A DNA stretch of 64,000 bases, taken from the IMG/VR virus record IMGVR_UViG_3300037743_000227. One strand, 5' to 3'. The position numbers were made by a program, and so were the translations under genes. The notes beneath the pieces were generated by a model that worked only from the letters and a program-made list of their open reading frames with translations, was not told the DNA's origin and searched no databases. How positions within the stretch are numbered: position 1 is the stretch's first letter; each line of letters begins with the position of its first letter. The DNA comes from an uncultured virus (IMG/VR IMGVR_UViG_3300037743_000227) (Duplodnaviria; Heunggongvirae; Uroviricota; Caudoviricetes). This document shows positions 27,853-36,723 of the stretch, piece after piece.

Positions 27853-28599
27853 ATGGCCTCCGACCGCATCCAGACCACGATCACCTGCCCGGCCTGCACG
27901 GAGGAGATCACCATCCCCACCCGGGCGCAGTGGCACGGCGACGGAACCGGCACGGTCACCTTCGACACATCCGCCGTCCGCGCCCACATCGCCCAGCACC
28001 ACACCGAACAGGAGCACCCCGTGACGCGATTCGCCCTGGATACCGAGTTCATCGAGGACGGCCGAACGATCGACCTCGTCTCCATCGCCCTCGTCGCCGA
28101 AGACGGCCGCGAGCTGTACGCCGTCAGCAGCAAGTTCAGCCAGGCCAAGCTGCTGGCGAACCCGTGGCTTGCCGAGAACGTGTGGCCGTCCCTGCCGACC
28201 GTCAAGCACGGCAAGGGAGTGACGTGCCGTTGCATCAACGGCAACAAGTACGGGCACCTCGACCTCGATCACCCGGACGTGCGGCCGCGCGCGCAGATCG
28301 CCCGCATGGTCCGCGACTTCGTCCTCGGCACCGACCCCGACATGCTGCCGCACGTCGAGCTGTGGGCCGACTACAGCGCCTACGACCACGTCGCGCTCGC
28401 CCAGTTGTACGGGCGGATGATCGACCTGCCGGAGGGCATGCCGATGACGACGTTCGATGTACGGCAGGCCGCCGCCTACAACACGGAATGGGGCAGCTCG
28501 CTCCCGGAGCAGCAGAGCGGGCTGCACAACGCGTTGGAGGACGCCCGGCACGTCATGGCGCAACTGCGCCACCTCGGCATCGTCGGGAGCCCCGCATGA
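27853..28599 (+). CDS. DEDD 3'-5' exoribonuclease (Rv2179c/RNase AS-like) with N-terminal CxxC extension
   Basis: ALDTEFIEDG...LVSIALV, AYDHV, HNALEDARH; second RBS plus GTG at 28021. Confidence 0.8.
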   Translation: MASDRIQTTITCPACTEEITIPTRAQWHGDGTGTVTFDTSAVRAHIAQHHTEQEHPVTRFALDTEFIEDGRTIDLVSIALVAEDGRELYAVSSKFSQAKLLANPWLAENVWPSLPTVKHGKGVTCRCINGNKYGHLDLDHPDVRPRAQIARMVRDFVLGTDPDMLPHVELWADYSAYDHVALAQLYGRMIDLPEGMPMTTFDVRQAAAYNTEWGSSLPEQQSGLHNALEDARHVMAQLRHLGIVGSPA

Positions 28600-28793
28600 G
28601 CGACCGCAGCACGCCGTCCCGTCGCCTGCCCGAACTCGAACCCGGCGAAGCCCGTCGCCACGCCGAAGACCACCTCGGACACGGCGACACCGACATCAAC
28701 ACCGAGCGCGCCACCGCCTACGCCCTGCTCGCCATCGCCGCCGAACTCGCCACCATCCGCCGCGAACTCCAGAGCCGCCGGAGGAAACCGTGA
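28596..28793 (+). CDS. Hypothetical protein
   Basis: ATGA overlap; ATAYALLAIAAEL. Confidence 0.65.
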   Translation: MSDRSTPSRRLPELEPGEARRHAEDHLGHGDTDINTERATAYALLAIAAELATIRRELQSRRRKP

Positions 28794-28939
28794 CTGACCG
28801 CCCGAACCGCAAAACCGACAGCCCCGCAGCACGAACAGCAGCCTGGACCCTCGTCTCGCTCCTCGGCGCAGTACTAGCCTCGGCGGGCGTCTACGCCATC
28901 GTCTGGATCTGGACCCGCACCCTCGCCATGGTCGGCTAA
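28790..28939 (+). CDS. Small single-TM protein
   Basis: GGAGG RBS, GTGA overlap, hydrophobic helix. Confidence 0.6.
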   Translation: MTDRPNRKTDSPAARTAAWTLVSLLGAVLASAGVYAIVWIWTRTLAMVG

Positions 28940-28942
28940 CCC

Positions 28943-30319
28943 TCACCCGGCCAGCACAGCCACATCCGGCACCTGCCGCGCCTCATCCCCGACACCCTCA
29001 GGCCCCGACTCCACGGCAGCCTCTGTCTCTTCACCGCCGCCTGAGACAACGGCTCGCATCTCTTCAATGTCGGCGCCACTGAACGGCAGATGATCCAACA
29101 GCGCCGCCGCAGGAATGGCCAGCTTGTCGGCCAACACGGCCAACATGTCGACCATCTGAATCGCCCGCAGATCCTGCGCAGGCTGCCACCGGACCCGCGC
29201 CATCGGGTCAAGCGGAACACCCAGGAGTGTGCCGGCCTGACCGAGGGCCTGTTCGTGAGACTCGCCCAGGACGATACGGCGCTCCTTGTTCTTCCTCGCC
29301 GACGATTCACGGGCTTCGACCAGGGCCTCGGCGGCAAGGTTCGCCACGACCCCCGTGAGCTCCGATACCGGGGTCTGGCTCAGCGTGGCGAGGATACGCA
29401 AGGCGGATTCCCGCGAGTCGAGGAACCCGGACATGTCGGCCTGCGACATCTCGTCAATCCGGACATCCTCGGGCGCGGCGTTGATCGTCATGATGCTGTT
29501 CGGTGACGCTTTGTGTAGCTTCTTCTCGATATCACCCACCATGCGGCTAATGATCACCCGGCGGCCATGGGCCGTGTAGTGCGAGCCCATCAACTGGTGG
29601 AAGGACAGCAGGTTGATCGTGTCCTGAAGCGGAAACAGCGGCTCGACGTCGCCGTGCACCGCATTGTCCAGATCCTCATCAGAGACGTACCGCACCACCG
29701 GCGTGACGTCCTGCTCGTGCGGCGCCTCCGTGCCCGGGATCATCTCGAACGTCACCGCCCGTCGGCCACCGCCGCCGCTGGACCGCACGCTGCGCTTACC
29801 GCGCCGTAGGTCGTAGGTGTGAGTGCTGTCGTACAGCCGCCACACCCCGTCATCCCGCTGCTCCAGAGCGAAACGCGGCCAGTCCGGGTCATCGCCATAC
29901 AGCGCAGTCATCTTGCGCGGGCTCACGGCGCGCAGCACGGGCACCCCGTTGTCGCCGGGCATCACGGTGACGTAGGAGACGCCGTAGGACGCTGCGGCAC
30001 GATGGACACCGAGCTGACGCCGATCCATCCGGTTCCGCTGCCACACACCCCAGACGATCTGCGCGTTCCCCTCACTCTCGGTGGCGTACCCGTCGACGAA
30101 GAGCTGCTGCACGCTGGACGACACCACCAGCGGCAGGACATTGACCTTGGCCATCTGTGAAAGCGCCTGGAGTTCGCGTGGCGCGCCGAGGGGCAGCCAG
30201 ACGAGGCGTTGGTCAGCGTCGAGGTATTCGCGGATGCGGTCGAGGCGCTTGCGGTCGCGGCTGCTCTCCTCGAAGGCTTGGCTGGCGATCTCTTCGGCCT
30301 CGCTCGGGCTGAGGGGCAC
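28943..30319 (-). CDS. Portal protein (SPP1 gp6-like)
   Basis: AGGAGG plus GTG; NVLPLVV...VDGY, WQRNRMD, GVSYVTV, TPVVRY, GDVEPLFPLQDTIN. Confidence 0.9.
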   Translation of the reverse strand: MPLSPSEAEEIASQAFEESSRDRKRLDRIREYLDADQRLVWLPLGAPRELQALSQMAKVNVLPLVVSSSVQQLFVDGYATESEGNAQIVWGVWQRNRMDRRQLGVHRAAASYGVSYVTVMPGDNGVPVLRAVSPRKMTALYGDDPDWPRFALEQRDDGVWRLYDSTHTYDLRRGKRSVRSSGGGGRRAVTFEMIPGTEAPHEQDVTPVVRYVSDEDLDNAVHGDVEPLFPLQDTINLLSFHQLMGSHYTAHGRRVIISRMVGDIEKKLHKASPNSIMTINAAPEDVRIDEMSQADMSGFLDSRESALRILATLSQTPVSELTGVVANLAAEALVEARESSARKNKERRIVLGESHEQALGQAGTLLGVPLDPMARVRWQPAQDLRAIQMVDMLAVLADKLAIPAAALLDHLPFSGADIEEMRAVVSGGGEETEAAVESGPEGVGDEARQVPDVAVLAG

Positions 30320-30336
30320 GGCCCTCACCTCCTTTG

Positions 30337-31908
30337 TCAGAACATGCTGAATCCGCCGACATCGGTGATGCCGACGGGCTTGGGGTTGAGGGCTTCGACG
30401 CCTTGGGCGACTGCGTCGATGACGTCGTCGTTGACGACGTTGGGGTAGGCGAGCGCTTGGTCCTCGAACTCCTGGACGTCGCCGTCGAAAGCGACCTCAC
30501 CGACCTGACACCTTTGGAGCAGCGCAGCGAACCGCACTTCCTTGTTGACCGACGTGTGCTCGGCGCGGATCGGGACCGGCATGCCGTGGAGCGCCACCTC
30601 GTGGAGGTCGCCGCCCTGGTTTGTCTCCACGACGATCTCCGACACTGCTGGGTGCGCGGCGAGGATGTCCAGGACGTAGCGGCGCATCGGCTCACCGTGC
30701 GCGATCTTCCGCCCTGTCGCGAAGTGCACCACAGCCTGCCCGTGCGGCCGGTGCTCGGCCGCTGCGCCCTGTGACACGACGGCGAACCCGGTGAAGTCCG
30801 AGGTGCCCTTCGTCGTCACCGCGGGATCCAGCGCTAGGACGGTCCGCAGGCTCACGCGGCCCTCGTCCGGCGCCTTCAGGTCCTCCGGCTTCCACCAGGT
30901 GCCGTCGCGGCGCATCGGCCGGTTCCGGAAGTTCATCGCATACGACACGGTGTGCTCGATGGACTCCAGGTAGGCAAGCGGCCACTTCGCCGGCCAGATC
31001 GACCGCCGCGTGCCGTCCGGGTTGGCTGGCGTCGGCTCGTGGTAGTGGATGCGAAACCGCTGCTCCGTGAGCCAATCCGCGTCGTCCTGGCCGAGTGCGG
31101 AGCGGGCGCACTGGTCCATGATGCTGCCCGACATCGTGACCGTGCCGACCAGGACGACGCGGGCGAGCTCGGACAGCGGCAGGATCACGTTCTGCACCGT
31201 GGAGAGCCGCTTGGCGGCCTGCTTCGCGGAGTAGTTGGCCTCACCCGGCTCGATGTCATCGAGGACGATGAGATCCGGGCGCTCCTTGCCGGCCTTAGCG
31301 CCCAAGTTCGCGGAGTCGGCGCCGCGGGCGGTGAAGGTGAACCCGGATGCGGACTGGTACATGGCTTGCCGGTCCGCGGTGGTCGCGCCGCGGCCGCGGG
31401 TCTTGGGCGCGCACAGGTCTGGATAGTCGGCGCGCAGCAGTGCGTTGTGCTCCAGCTCGTCTTTGAACGTCGCGAGGTGGCCTTCGGCCTGGGTGGCGGA
31501 GTCGGAGAACGCGGCCACGTACCGGATGTGGCCGTGGGCGGAGGCCCACAGCACGTTGAGCGTGAACCACACCGTGCTCTTACCCGTTTCGCGGGGGGCG
31601 AGGATCGCGTCGCGGCCGTCTCGCGGCTCGGTGACGGGGGCGGTCCAGGTGCGGGCCATGCGCGCCCACTCGAAGTGGCAGTCCGCGAACGTCGGCTCGG
31701 TGTCGCCTTTGCGGACGAGGTGGTGCCAGCCGTAGACGATCCAGAACAGGAACGGGTCGTCGCGGGTGAGCTCTTGGCGGGCTTCGCTGGTCTCGAACGC
31801 GGCCTCGCCGTACAGGTCGCCGAGGCGGCGGAGGTATGCGGGCAGGTCGAAGGTGGCGCCGTTCGCGAAAGGCGAGTACGGCCAGTTCACCCGCAGGCCG
31901 GCGTGCAC
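30337..31908 (-). CDS. terL: Terminase large subunit
   Basis: Walker A APRETGKST, RPDLIVLDD, VGT motif III, nuclease LALDPA and NDDVIDA. Confidence 0.92.
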   Translation of the reverse strand: MHAGLRVNWPYSPFANGATFDLPAYLRRLGDLYGEAAFETSEARQELTRDDPFLFWIVYGWHHLVRKGDTEPTFADCHFEWARMARTWTAPVTEPRDGRDAILAPRETGKSTVWFTLNVLWASAHGHIRYVAAFSDSATQAEGHLATFKDELEHNALLRADYPDLCAPKTRGRGATTADRQAMYQSASGFTFTARGADSANLGAKAGKERPDLIVLDDIEPGEANYSAKQAAKRLSTVQNVILPLSELARVVLVGTVTMSGSIMDQCARSALGQDDADWLTEQRFRIHYHEPTPANPDGTRRSIWPAKWPLAYLESIEHTVSYAMNFRNRPMRRDGTWWKPEDLKAPDEGRVSLRTVLALDPAVTTKGTSDFTGFAVVSQGAAAEHRPHGQAVVHFATGRKIAHGEPMRRYVLDILAAHPAVSEIVVETNQGGDLHEVALHGMPVPIRAEHTSVNKEVRFAALLQRCQVGEVAFDGDVQEFEDQALAYPNVVNDDVIDAVAQGVEALNPKPVGITDVGGFSMF

Positions 31909-31911
31909 CGT

Positions 31912-32379
31912 TCAGTCCTCGCTCTGTGTCTTGGCCCGGCGGATGCGCTCGAGGACTTCGGGGGTGGTCTGGGTGACGGTGGCTCGGACTTCCTGCGGCT
32001 CATCGAGTCCGAGGAGGCGCCGGCGTTCGGCGGACACCTTCAGGATCCGGTCGACGGCCGCGAGCTTGGGCCCGTCATCAAGGAGCAGGGTGCCGTCAGG
32101 GCCTTCTACGAGCCGCCCGGAGTTGACGATGTAGTGGTCGCGCTCGAGGACGGCGGCGGCTTCGGCGAGTGCGCGGTCGAGGCGGTCGACCTCGGTGGTG
32201 ATGAGGTGGTCGCGCTTCTCCTCGGGGATGGATTCGCGGACTTCTTGGATGATTTGGCTGACGCGGGATTGGGTGATGCCGTGTTGCTCGGCGATGCGTT
32301 CCTGTGTCCAGCCTGCGAGGTAGTGGTTCCAGATCGCGCCGTTGCGGCCCTCTAGGCGGGGGCCTGTGTGCTTCGCCAT
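31912..32379 (-). CDS. terS: Terminase small subunit (HTH)
   Basis: GWTQERIAEQHGITQSRVSQII; AVDRILKVSAERRRLLGLD; directly upstream of terL. Confidence 0.8.
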   Translation of the reverse strand: MAKHTGPRLEGRNGAIWNHYLAGWTQERIAEQHGITQSRVSQIIQEVRESIPEEKRDHLITTEVDRLDRALAEAAAVLERDHYIVNSGRLVEGPDGTLLLDDGPKLAAVDRILKVSAERRRLLGLDEPQEVRATVTQTTPEVLERIRRAKTQSED

Positions 32380-32418
32380 GGGGCCTCCTTGATGAGTTTT
32401 TACGAGTGCGGTGTGTAG

Positions 32419-33102
32419 TCAGCTCGTTGGGACGATTTGGATGTAGCAGCGGCACATCCAGTGAGATGGCGGGAAGCCGCGTAGCCCTTCCCATGCGGCG
32501 AGGTCGGAGGCGAAGCCTGGCTCGTCGGCGCTGATGGTGGTGCCCTCCAGCGGCAGACAGATTTCGCACACGTCGGTGTCCATGACGGTGATCCATCTGA
32601 GCCCGTAGCCGAGTTGGGTGGCGTACCAGCGGCGTGCGCGGTTGTAGGCGTCGGTGATGCGTGTGATGGCGAGGCGGAGGATGCGGGCTGCGGTTTGGGT
32701 GATGCGGGTGGGGAGGTTGTCGGGGCGGCGGGTGTCGATGGCAGTGGTTTCGCTGGTGACGATGTGTTGGATGTCGCCTGCTGGGTCGATGCCGCCGAGG
32801 AGGCGGTTGAGGGTGGCGTCGTCGAGGCGGGGTGTCGGGGTTCCGTCGGGTGGGGGTGCTTCGCGGGTGGCGCCTTCGAGGCCGTGGTGGGCGGCGTCGG
32901 CGAGTGTGCGGGTGAGGGTGTCGGTGAGGGCGGCTCTGGCTTGGCGGATGTGGTTGGTGGTGCGGGCGTTGCGTCGGGTGATGTCGGCGGGTGTGGTGGC
33001 GCGGCGGGCGGCTTCGCGGCGGGCGGGTGTGAGGGCGCGGTTGATGGTGGTTTGGAGACGTGCTTCGAGCTGTTGGAGCTCGGGTGGTGGGTTGTGGGGC
33101 AT
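32419..33102 (-). CDS. MuF-like minor head protein
   Basis: RWITVMDTDVCEICLPLEG...PPSHWMCRC. Confidence 0.8.
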   Translation of the reverse strand: MPHNPPPELQQLEARLQTTINRALTPARREAARRATTPADITRRNARTTNHIRQARAALTDTLTRTLADAAHHGLEGATREAPPPDGTPTPRLDDATLNRLLGGIDPAGDIQHIVTSETTAIDTRRPDNLPTRITQTAARILRLAITRITDAYNRARRWYATQLGYGLRWITVMDTDVCEICLPLEGTTISADEPGFASDLAAWEGLRGFPPSHWMCRCYIQIVPTS

Positions 33103-33130
33103 TGCGCGTCTCCTGTGGCGGGTGGCTTGT

Positions 33131-33176
33131 GTGCCATTCTGGAGCTATTCAAGATTGACTAGTTACAGAATGGCAC
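33131..33176. promoter_or_regulatory. Perfect 11-bp inverted repeat in the divergent morphogenesis/lysis control region
   Basis: GTGCCATTCTG, 24-nt AT-rich spacer, CAGAATGGCAC. Confidence 0.6.
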
Positions 33177-33212
33177 GCCTCGTCGGGGCGGGTCTCGATC
33201 GAGGAGGGGCCC

Positions 33213-33500
33213 ATGCAGCAGCCGAGCGTCGGGCGGATCGTCCACTACGTCTCTCACGGGACCCCGATCCGGGAGGACGGCACTCAGGCATTCGTGGCGA
33301 AGTGCCGCGCGGCCACCGTGACGGAGGTCAACGACGAGGAGCCGCTGCAAGTCGGGCTCTGCGTCCAGAACCCGACCGGCCTGTTCTTCCATCCGTTGAC
33401 CGAGGGCGGATGCTTCCAGCACGAGGCCCCGGGCGGGAGTTGCTCGCTTCCCCCGGGTGAGCGTCGCGGCGGCACGTGGCACTGGCCGGAGCGTGTGTGA
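33213..33500 (+). CDS. Hypothetical actinophage protein
   Basis: GAGGAGG RBS; PSVGRIVHYV...CRAA...GTWHWPERV. Confidence 0.8.
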   Translation: MQQPSVGRIVHYVSHGTPIREDGTQAFVAKCRAATVTEVNDEEPLQVGLCVQNPTGLFFHPLTEGGCFQHEAPGGSCSLPPGERRGGTWHWPERV

Positions 33501-33847
33501 TGGCCAGCGTCGAGGACATCGCCCGCGTCTGCCACGAAGCGAACCGTGCCTGGCAGCACGCCACCGGCGACCCGGCCCCGTCCCCGGCCTGGGATGACGC
33601 GCCGCAGTGGCAGCGCGACAGCGCCGTCGACGGCGTCCGCCACGCGCAGAACGGGGCGACACCCGAGCAGATGCATCAGGCCTGGTGCGACTACAAGACC
33701 GAGGCGGGCTGGACGCACGGGCCGGTCAAGGACGCCGAGGCCAAGACTCATCCGTGCCTGGTGCCGTATGCCGAGCTGGATGCGTCCCAGCACCGCAAGG
33801 ACGACCTGTTCGTCGCGATCGTCACCGCCCTGAGCGGGGAGGCCTGA
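33500..33847 (+). CDS. RyR-domain protein
   Basis: HQAWCDYKTEAGWTHGPVKDAEAKTHPCLVPYAEL...KD. Confidence 0.85.
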   Translation: MASVEDIARVCHEANRAWQHATGDPAPSPAWDDAPQWQRDSAVDGVRHAQNGATPEQMHQAWCDYKTEAGWTHGPVKDAEAKTHPCLVPYAELDASQHRKDDLFVAIVTALSGEA

Positions 33848-33850
33848 GCC

Positions 33851-34756
33851 ATGGCCTGGTATCCGGGCGCCACCAAGATGGAACTCCAGCCGGAAAGCGA
33901 CGCCCAACCAGCGATCCGGCCGACGCAGATGATCGTGCACAGCATCGTCGCCCCGTGGACCGCCCAACGACTCTACGAGTATTGGAAGTCCACCTCACTG
34001 GAGTCGCACTTCGGGCTCGGCTACGCGGGGGATCTCGCTCAGTACATCGGCACCGAGACGAGGGCTGACGCCAACGCTGGCGCGAACCGGCGTGCGGACG
34101 GCAGCGGCGCCGTATCCGTGGAGACGGCCTCCGACACGAAGGCCTCCGACCCGTGGACGGCCGCGCAGGTCGAGGAGCTCATCAAGCTCGGCGTGTGGAT
34201 GCACCAGAAGCACAGCGTTCCGCTCAGGGTCTGCCGCTCCCATTCCGATCCCGGGTTCGGCTACCACTCGCTGTTCCCACAGTGGTCCACGTCCGGCACG
34301 GCGTGCCCCGGGCCGGCCCGCATCCGACAGTTCCGCCAGGTGGTGTTCCCGGGAATCGTCGCTCGCGCCACCGGCACCACCACTGACCCCCAGGAGGACG
34401 ACGTGACCCCCGAGCAGGTTGAGAAGGCCGTACTCGACGTACTGAAGTCGCGGGCAGGTCAGGACGCGCTGTACAAGGGCGTCCTCAAGAACGACAAAAT
34501 GCCTGCCCCCCTGACGAGTACGACGCGGGACACCAACCCGACGTGGCAGCTCGCCTCGATCGAGACGGACACCAACAACGTCGTCCGGTCGATGAAGGTC
34601 AGCGTCGAGACGCAGGCGGCGACGATCGACCAGCTCGTGAAGACCGTCGCCACCCTCGCCGCTGGGCTCGGCGACCTCGACCCGGCCGCGATCGTCGCGG
34701 AGCTCACCGCTGCCATCGAATCCGTCACCGTCCGCCTGGACGTGGACGGCTCATGA
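33851..34756 (+). CDS. Endolysin, N-acetylmuramoyl-L-alanine amidase
   Basis: IVHS, ESHF, VSVET, GYH, TACPG Amidase_2 motifs. Confidence 0.9.
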   Translation: MAWYPGATKMELQPESDAQPAIRPTQMIVHSIVAPWTAQRLYEYWKSTSLESHFGLGYAGDLAQYIGTETRADANAGANRRADGSGAVSVETASDTKASDPWTAAQVEELIKLGVWMHQKHSVPLRVCRSHSDPGFGYHSLFPQWSTSGTACPGPARIRQFRQVVFPGIVARATGTTTDPQEDDVTPEQVEKAVLDVLKSRAGQDALYKGVLKNDKMPAPLTSTTRDTNPTWQLASIETDTNNVVRSMKVSVETQAATIDQLVKTVATLAAGLGDLDPAAIVAELTAAIESVTVRLDVDGS

Positions 34757-35175
34757 CCCGCGTTCAGACGGTGGCCGTCGACTTCGACGGCGTCCTCCAC
34801 AGCTACGAGAAGGGCTGGCACGACGGCACCATCTACGGCGACTTCATGCCCGGCGCTGTCGTCGCGCTGTCGCAGCTCATGCAGCAGTACGCCGTGTTCG
34901 TACACACCACGCGGGACGCAAAGCAGGTGGCCCGCTGGATCGAGCGCACCTCCGGATACGCCTTCGAGTGCACCACCCGCCTCCCGCGCACCTGGTGGGG
35001 CAAGCGACACCCCTTCTGGAACGAACAGGGCACGTTGCTGGTGACGAACCGGAAGCTCCCCGCCATCGCGTACATCGACGACCGCGCGGTGCGGTTCGTC
35101 AACTGGCCCGACGCGCTCACAGCCGTCGGCATCGAACCGCTCGCCACCGGCGAGAGAACGGAACCCACACCATGA
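34753..35175 (+). CDS. HAD-superfamily phosphatase-like protein
   Basis: VAVDFDGVLH (DxD), HTTR, KLPAIAYIDDRA. Confidence 0.75.
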   Translation: MTRVQTVAVDFDGVLHSYEKGWHDGTIYGDFMPGAVVALSQLMQQYAVFVHTTRDAKQVARWIERTSGYAFECTTRLPRTWWGKRHPFWNEQGTLLVTNRKLPAIAYIDDRAVRFVNWPDALTAVGIEPLATGERTEPTP

Positions 35176-35498
35176 ACGTCTCCCTCGATCAGGCCTACTG
35201 GCTGGGCCTCGCCATCAGCGTGCTCCTGCCCGTCCTCGTCGGCCTCGTCACCACCCGCGTCACCCACGCCGGAGTGAAGGCCGTTCTCCTCCTCGCGCTC
35301 ACCGCGGTCAACGGGTTCCTCATCGAGTTGCAGGCGGGCGGCGAAGGCTACGACTTCGGCACTGCGGTCACGTTGACGCTCGTCTCCTTCGGCACCGCCG
35401 TGCTCTCCCACTTCGGCCTGTGGAAGCCCACCGGAGTCAGCGGCAAGGCGCAAGACAGCCTCATCACCGCCCGCACCAGCCGCACTCTGGGCGCCTGA
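35172..35498 (+). CDS. Holin
   Basis: Three hydrophobic helices; LLPVLVGLVT, HFGLWKPTGV; next to the endolysin. Confidence 0.8.
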   Translation: MNVSLDQAYWLGLAISVLLPVLVGLVTTRVTHAGVKAVLLLALTAVNGFLIELQAGGEGYDFGTAVTLTLVSFGTAVLSHFGLWKPTGVSGKAQDSLITARTSRTLGA

Positions 35499-35532
35499 AC
35501 CTGCCCACCACGTGCGACCGGGAGGGCGCCCC

Positions 35533-35799
35533 ATGGATGCCGCCACGGTCACGGCCCTAGGCGTTCTCGGCAGCGCCGTAGTAGCCGGACTGGCAGCCAT
35601 GTACGGATCCCGGATCGCAGGAAGGGCACAGCGGGAAGGCAACGCGGTGAACGGCTTCAACTCGCTCACAGACCAGCTTCAGGAGGAGCGCAAAGAGCTG
35701 CGCTCCGACCTGGCCGCGCTGCGCCTGGAGCTGGCCACGGAGAAGGCGGAGACGGCACGCCTCAGGCTGCTGGTGCACTCCCTCGGCGGCCATCCGTGA
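35533..35799 (+). CDS. TM plus coiled-coil lysis-cassette protein
   Basis: GGAGG RBS, N-terminal TM, LTDQLQEER coiled coil. Confidence 0.75.
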   Translation: MDAATVTALGVLGSAVVAGLAAMYGSRIAGRAQREGNAVNGFNSLTDQLQEERKELRSDLAALRLELATEKAETARLRLLVHSLGGHP

Positions 35800-36458
35800 C
35801 CCGCACCGAGCGGGCATTCGTCCGCCGCCGCCACCTCATGTGGATCACCTGCGCCCTCCTGATGCTGACCGGGTTCGGGATCCTCATCTGGCAGCGCATC
35901 GACGCAGAGTCGGTGCGCGCCGCCCAACTCGCCAAGGAAGCCGACCTCCGCGGCACCGCCGTATCCACCCTCGCCGGAGATGTCCGCCAACTCCGCTCCC
36001 AACTGCAGGCCGCAGGCGAGAAGCCCGACGCACCCGACCCAGACCGGGCCGTCGACGACCTCCCGGCACGGGCCGAAGTGCCCGTGCCGATCCCCGGACC
36101 ACCCGGCCCCAAGGGCGACAAGGGCGACACCGGGAAAGCGGCCCCCACCATCACCCCATCGCCCGGAGCATCCGGCGCATCCGGTGAGCCGGGATCCGAC
36201 GGCATCGCCGGCCCTCAAGGCCCCCCAGGACCACAGGGTGAACCCGGCCCCGCCGGACCGCAGGGCGAGCAGGGGCCGGCGGGCGAGGACGGCACGGATG
36301 GCCGTGACGGGCAGACCTGCCCCGAGGGATACAGTCTCCAAGCGCCCGCCGACGATCCGGACGCCCTCATCTGCCGCCGCGACGGCGCCCCAGACCCGGG
36401 ACCCGGCAACAACCCGCAGGCTCTGGGTCTCGACCCGCAGCGCCGCCAGTACCCGTAG
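35796..36458 (+). CDS. Membrane-anchored collagen-like protein
   Basis: N-terminal TM, coiled coil, Gly-X-Y repeats, GQTCPEGY...LICRR. Confidence 0.85.
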   Translation: MTRTERAFVRRRHLMWITCALLMLTGFGILIWQRIDAESVRAAQLAKEADLRGTAVSTLAGDVRQLRSQLQAAGEKPDAPDPDRAVDDLPARAEVPVPIPGPPGPKGDKGDTGKAAPTITPSPGASGASGEPGSDGIAGPQGPPGPQGEPGPAGPQGEQGPAGEDGTDGRDGQTCPEGYSLQAPADDPDALICRRDGAPDPGPGNNPQALGLDPQRRQYP

Positions 36459-36465
36459 GAGCCCC

Positions 36466-36630
36466 ATGCCTGAAGCCATTCCCGTCACCCCGCGCCGCGA
36501 CGACACCGCCGCCGACATGCAGTCACTCGTCCAGCTCGGCCGGGTCGACGAACAGCCGGTCCCGGCACCCAGCAATAACCCGTTCCTCGCACCCGACCTA
36601 CCACCCCCGCCCGCCGACGAGACCGAGTGA
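36466..36630 (+). CDS. Small Pro-rich hypothetical protein
   Basis: AGGAG RBS; followed by a terminator. Confidence 0.6.
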   Translation: MPEAIPVTPRRDDTAADMQSLVQLGRVDEQPVPAPSNNPFLAPDLPPPPADETE

Positions 36631-36679
36631 ACGACGCCCCCGCCCCTGCCTCGTGCAGGGAGCGGGGGCGCTTCGTCGT
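36631..36679 (+). terminator. Terminator hairpin ending the lysis operon
   Basis: GCCCCCGC-CCCTGC...GCAGGG-A-GCGGGGGC-GCTT. Confidence 0.65.
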
Positions 36680-36723
36680 GCCTCCATCGTCCCTTGCGAG
36701 AGCAGATCCTGTACGGTCCGGCT

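Noticed and set aside
9291..33159. Possible inversion-site pair CTGGAG...TTGAC at 9291-9310 (reverse) and 33139-33159
   Set aside because: Only 6+5 bp match with unequal, dissimilar cores; could easily be chance.
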